Shown here: one piece after another, positions 58,351 to 64,000 of the stretch
Numbering within the stretch: position 1 is the first letter of the stretch
Layout: each line of letters starts with the position of its first letter
NCBI RefSeq assembly: GCF_000002075.1
Contig: NW_004797910.1
Coordinates: 144,740-208,739, forward strand
Reading direction: 5' to 3'
DNA length: 64,000 bases
Source: Aplysia californica
Lineage: Eukaryota
Position numbers and translations under genes: made by a program
Notes under the pieces: generated by a model
Database searches by the model: none
Seen by the model: only the letters and a program-made list of their open reading frames with translations
Told to the model about the DNA's origin: nothing

Positions 58351-61300
58351 CTACGGTAATTAAAATAGTGAGCATTATTTGTACTGAATAATGAATGTAA
58401 GTTGAAAGTTGAATCATTAAGTTTCAAAACTCGACTACACAACATGAGTTCTGTGCTCGTGTGGATGTCCAAATTTAAATTCCCGGCACGATCTTTTATC
58501 TCTCCAACAATCGTTATCATTTTCAAAACCAGTGCCTGTTTCTCTTCGCTTATTAAATACGCACCACTTCTTTACTAACTGGGCTTCCCAGTCATTTTTG
58601 GAAGTCCCATTTCCAGACAGGGTAATTTTTGTTGTAGGTGCAGAAATGTACAGCATCTCATTCTTATTCTCTTTCAGTGTAAGATAAGTTTAGCAGATAC
58701 AAATGTAGGTGTAACCTTAAGAAAACTCAGGAAAACAATCTCCTCAACACTGTCACAACATGAATACCGGTACCAACTCATATGTGCCAGTACATATTTT
58801 TATATACTATAACACACTAATAAATTAACAACGCCCTCATGGTATTTCCTATTCATTACAACAAGTGACTCTGAGAAACAATGTTTATGGATGGCAGAAG
58901 TGTCAGGTCAAGCTCAAAACTGGGAAACCGATTTTGCATTTCAGTTTAGTAACAACGTATTCTGGGGCTTTAAAAGCGAATTAAAATTTACTGTACGCCT
59001 AGTTCGGGTTTGTACTGATTTAAATGAACTCTTAAAACCCCCATTCATTGCAGGAACGGCACCAATAAGCAAAACATACTTCTGCAAGTGGAGTATGCAA
59101 AATGGGATGGAGCCCCACAAGTTGTACGCTACTTGAACAAGTATTCTTGAAATTTCTGTGGTGATCGAAATCTAGTAATGTCGATAGAAGATCATACTCA
59201 TAGCCCTTTTGTCACGCTGACTCCAATAATAGAGGTATACACTGCTTTATGATAACAAAGCTAGCCAACTGGCATAGACAGAGCAGAAAAGTGCGATAGA
59301 CTTTGAGACCAATGAATGTATGCTTCTTATTAGAAAAAATAAACCCTCACGTTGTCTACCAAAGCCAACACTTTCACTCATGCAGTCTGAGGATGAGCAA
59401 CACTGTCATAGATACCAAAAACACTGAGAGGCATGATATGCAGTCGTTGGATCATTAAGTCAAATTGAGGCATATTAGAGTTATACATGCAAATTATACA
59501 TTATTTCACAAATACAAAAAGACATGTTCATCATTATTATACATTCACATTGGTAATCTATGAGGAAACGATGCGACTTGTGGTCTTTTTGACGCACGGC
59601 AGAAGAAGAGACCTGTTCAACACATTGTCACTAAATCAAGGTGGAACGAACAGTAACACAACCGCTCTTTCATCAGTTAGAATCTAACTTTAAGAGCAAT
59701 AAGTGGCTGCAAAATGGCCGTTTCGTAAATTTGCGGTGCTATCCGTTTGACAGAAATGTATTTACTATTAACGGAGAAAGTGAAGTTCAAGGATGACATT
59801 GGGTGTTATAGTACTGGTACTAATGTTTTGACTGTGCTAAACGAACCGTGGAAAATGTAGTTTTCACCAGGCACCACGGCAGTACATAATATGAAATGAA
59901 AATTGTCTAATAATTCTAAAGTGTGCTAAATGTCGTATGGTGTCCAGATTAAGTACAAATGAAAGAAAAAGATTAACGTAAAAACAAAAATTTTGTTGGT
60001 ACAAATAATACGGGTAACCAAATTTACGGAATAACTAGCGCATAGAGTGATGTTAACACTTTATAAGCTGACAACAAAAAAGTTATTCACTGTATCTGCA
60101 ATCATACGTGTAAATGTACATGTAATGAATTTTGGAGCCACGGTCAGATAACGCAGCTGTATTCTGAGTTATCCAAAGCTCGACGAGGTGGTACATGTAT
60201 AAATGCCATACAACGATATTTCTCTGTAAACCAGTCATTCCACCTTCACCCTCTCTTACTTTCTTTTAAAAATTTGTCTGTCGGTCTGTCTGTCTCCTCC
60301 TGCCCCCCCCCCCCCCAACTGTCTCAGTCTCTCTATTTTTCGATCTCTCTTTCACTCTCTCTATTTCTCTCTCTCTATCTCTGTTTCTCTGTTTCTCCTT
60401 CACACACATAAAAGCACACATGTAGGCCTATAGACAAGGCTCGCACGAGCTCACGTTTATATTCATAGATGCGCACTAAAGCGAACACTTTTAAACGCAT
60501 CATTTTGTATCAGAGAGTGAAAATTGCACTAGAAGTAATTAAATATGTGCAGTGGTATTTCATTGTATTATCGCAACAAAGAAAGAAGTCACACGAAAGA
60601 AAAGATTCATCATGGGTTTACAAAGAGATCAAATAGCACAAATATTGCATATTATGTTACTATGTTGGGCGAGGGTCAGAGCACCACATAAAGAGAACCA
60701 TGGATATTGTTTCCAGAGAGGATGAACATTGTGACGGTACATGCTTATAAATCTATGATACGGGAAAGTGAAAGTAATCCAGGACAATGAGCAGCAACAA
60801 CCCTCCATGCTGTGTTTATGAACTGCACCCATTTTCAGTGAACAGCGTTTTTTTAAAAGTGCATTGGGACAATGTAAGTTTCGCGCCTTTTTCAATTCAA
60901 TCAGCACGTGAAGAGGACTTCATCTTCAATAAGACCAAACCAAGAGGGAAAAGAGTCACGAAAGTGTATAAAACTTATCTTGTTCATGAAAACCTTCGTG
61001 GAGATTTCAACCAATGTTATTGGCGCTGCATTCCATCGAGGCGTTTTGGATTCTACTGAACATGTCAAATTGTTATCTCATGATGTCAACAGAGAAACAA
61101 ATTTAGTCTTAATAAAGCTCTTAGTACGATAATGTATATAAATGCAATGCAGCCATATCAAATTACAAACAACTTCAAGGAGCAAGCTGTAGGGCCTATT
61201 TGATGAAAGGCCTAGATCTATCACCAATAAGAAAGGTTGATTTTGTCGATGCAGAAACATACACCTTTCTTTTATCTACTGACGAAAACGAGGTTAATAA

Positions 61301-62635
61301 GGAATGAGATAACATTATTTGCGATTTATATTCTAATTTTCTATTAGCTATTTTTGCACCATAACAATAAATGACAGTGTGCTTCAATTCAGAAATAACT
61401 CATGTATTATCTCGGTCCACCAAAGACATTGACAGCGTAAAGTAAAGTAAATGTTACGCCGAAAGATCTGGCATCACAAATGAATATATCACCCACAGTG
61501 TTACAATATACCGTCATTAATAGGCCTATTCTGCGGACACCCAGGCTTATATCAATTGTGACCCAGTGGGTCATGTACTGTCTAACGTGTCTCAGATTTT
61601 TCTATGCTCTGGAGCTCAAAATAGTTGATAAAGCCAATCAAGAGCTTCACCTATTTGACTTGAACTCGCTTCAGTTTCTTGAAGCATGTTTCTTAAAAAG
61701 AATATAGTTAATTAAGAAAACATCCCTTTTGCGTTTTAATATTTTTGCCCAGCTGTTTCGAAAGCTGACTGTCTGTTATTGAAACATAGCAACACACATA
61801 TTCAATTCCATTTCCACTGGTACACGTGTATCTCCTGATTTTCAGCTTTAATATGCTCTTTTAATCAAATGACCGGAAACAGATTTTCCTCCACAAATTC
61901 GCTGTACTGTATGGCATAAGAAAACTGTAGAAATACTAAATAAGATAAAACTATGACATGTTAGACAATTAATTATGACTCAGTAAGTGACTAATCAGTT
62001 TCGGCTTTGAAAGTCATAATAATGCATAAGACATGTGTATGTGAACTTGAAGAGGTTGAGAAAAAAATGAAGTAAACATTCAAATTGCATGACTGATAAC
62101 AATTAAAAATACTAAAGAAAAAGAGTCATTTCGATTGTATTTAACGGTATAAAACTTTCTATATCAAATTCATACATGAATGGAAACCATGAAGGGACCC
62201 AGTTGGCGAAAAGATCACAATTCTGATTAAATTATGAGTCTGTGCGTATTTGAGGAATGGACAAGCTGACTTCATAAGAATTGCTCCACCGTCCATCACA
62301 CACAATTCCAAAAGAGCAGAAACTAAAATAAGTACAACTAACATTGGACAACACACATAGCCTGCTGTATGCACCTTCTCAGAACAAACGTTTAAATACA
62401 TTCTATTTCATAGGGCAAAAAACAAAAAAATGATCAACTAATTTCTATTCACAACTCTGTTGTGAGCATTCACGTATTCCTCTCCAATGACGATTAAGAT
62501 TGCAAAAAATCGTGTAATCCGACTATACTTTGCGTATTAAGGTAGTGTCTCATTCTACTCATAACCATAAAGAGACTAAGGTATCGTTGACACGACGTGC
62601 TTTCCATCATGGCCTTCAACGCGAACTTCAAACAG

Positions 62636-62801
62636 GAAAGAAAAATAAATATATATAGGTTACAGTAGACCATCTACTTTTTCGACGACAACGTAGACGT
62701 AAAATTTGAATTATGCCATTTATTACCGTTCTAGGGTTCCTTTACACATTCACATACGCATTTGTGCTCGCAAGCAACTTTCGTGCATACACATACACAC
62801 A
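62636..62801 (+). repeat. 166-bp direct duplicate, copy 2
   Basis: Identical by eye to 52660-52825. Confidence 0.9.
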
Positions 62802-64000
62802 TAACCCCCCCCCCCCCCACCCCCACATACTTACAGATACAGATACACACGCACACGTGCATAGAGGAAGACAGACGGACGAACAGTTGAATGATGAATG
62901 GACAGATAGACTTGTAGATTTACTCATTAAGTCTGAGACACCTTCAGGATTTTGCACGATTGACAATATTGATTTATTTTTATTTTATTTGCCCCCCCCC
63001 CCCTCCCCCCACTCAATTTAAAAAACAAAATAGTCAATTACAGAGGGCGTTGGGGAATGAAGACACATATAAAAGAATCGTTGGGAGGAGATAAAGTGAG
63101 AAATGAAAAGGAGAGTGGTGGTTTTTAGGAAGGAGAAGGACATTTCAACGACAGCAAAGAAAAAAAAAAGGAGACCGAGACATAATTTTTTGCATACAAT
63201 TATAACAACAAACTGCAGGCATGAGTAGTGTAATTGTTCGGTCCGCTGTCTGGCACGCATTTTGACTTCTACTTTGGGAAGTTTATTTCATTCAGTACGT
63301 TATGTCTGTCTTTCTGCTTGGGAGCTGTGCTCCACTTAGTCTGGCTTCGCTTTTAACTGACAGCGTCGAGTCAGCTTTGTCTTGTGTTGGTTTTACCCCC
63401 TTTTCCACACTGTATGTGATGTGAGGTTTTTTTAATTTTAAGAGATAGGGCATCCAAATGTCACGTCCACCTCTGACAGGACTGTGCTAAGTAAACGAAG
63501 AGCCTTGAGGACTTCCCCAGCAACTCAATTACAAGAACAATCCATTGGGGAATCATAACCAGGATCATCCGAACTATAGGTCCAGCATGATACAAACTAA
63601 GGTATACGAAGAGCACTTGCGGCAAGCAACTCTTCTCCTAATTAATGTCAAACATTTGTCGAGGAATGCGTGGCGTAAAATAGATAATGGTAATCAGCAA
63701 CTAACCGTTGGATCTGTCTTGTATTAAAGGCATGTCTTCCTTCCAGAAAGTACAATCTCGGTGACGCAGACCGTGTCCAACAGAGTAAGAGTTTGCCTTG
63801 ATCTCTAGGAACTCTTTTCTCTCACTAGAGTAAGCTGGCCAGGAACTCCCCGGGTCTCTGCAGAAACAGGGGATGACAAAAATTTTTTTTTAGATGTTGC
63901 TATGACAGAACTAAGCAGCCATACAGAAACAACTGTGAACAGTTGAAGAAGTAGGAACAACTACACAAACGGCTTGAGACCTTCAATCACGCGCTGTGCG

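Noticed and set aside
63545-63727. Possible L2/CR1 3' end relic
   Set aside because: Only a vague resemblance (TCGKQLFS); insufficient without a search

Overview
Eukaryotic, AT-rich, repeat-dense animal genomic DNA with five N gaps. The repeat content is mollusc/lophotrochozoan-like, but that is inference only. It holds four housekeeping genes in two head-to-head pairs: MPHOSPH6 (minus, 5 coding exons, 159 aa) with GINS2/Psf2 (plus, 5 exons, 186 aa), and PYURF/preY (minus, 3 exons, 126 aa) with ASTE1/asteroid (plus, one ~2.6-kb coding exon, 875 aa). Introns and intergenic DNA are full of non-autonomous DNA transposons (pogo/Tigger-like with TA TSDs, hAT-like with 6-bp TSDs, MULE/foldback, piggyBac, Kolobok-like), Tc1/mariner relics, an internally deleted I/Nimb-type LINE, an RTE fragment and tRNA-derived SINEs. 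The most notable observations are: a ~265-bp CRE/E-box/YY1 plus tRNA-Ser-like cassette present twice, each time near the 5' end of a plus-strand gene (GINS2, ASTE1); a candidate 48-nt PYURF cassette exon that forms a UGA at the splice junction; a LINE 3' tail shared by at least nine insertions; a candidate distal first exon/uORF for MPHOSPH6 at the GINS2 promoter; and promoter-proximal self-complementary (TAGATC)n arrays. I found no recognisable gene after ~49 kb. All coordinates were read by eye and no searches were run.
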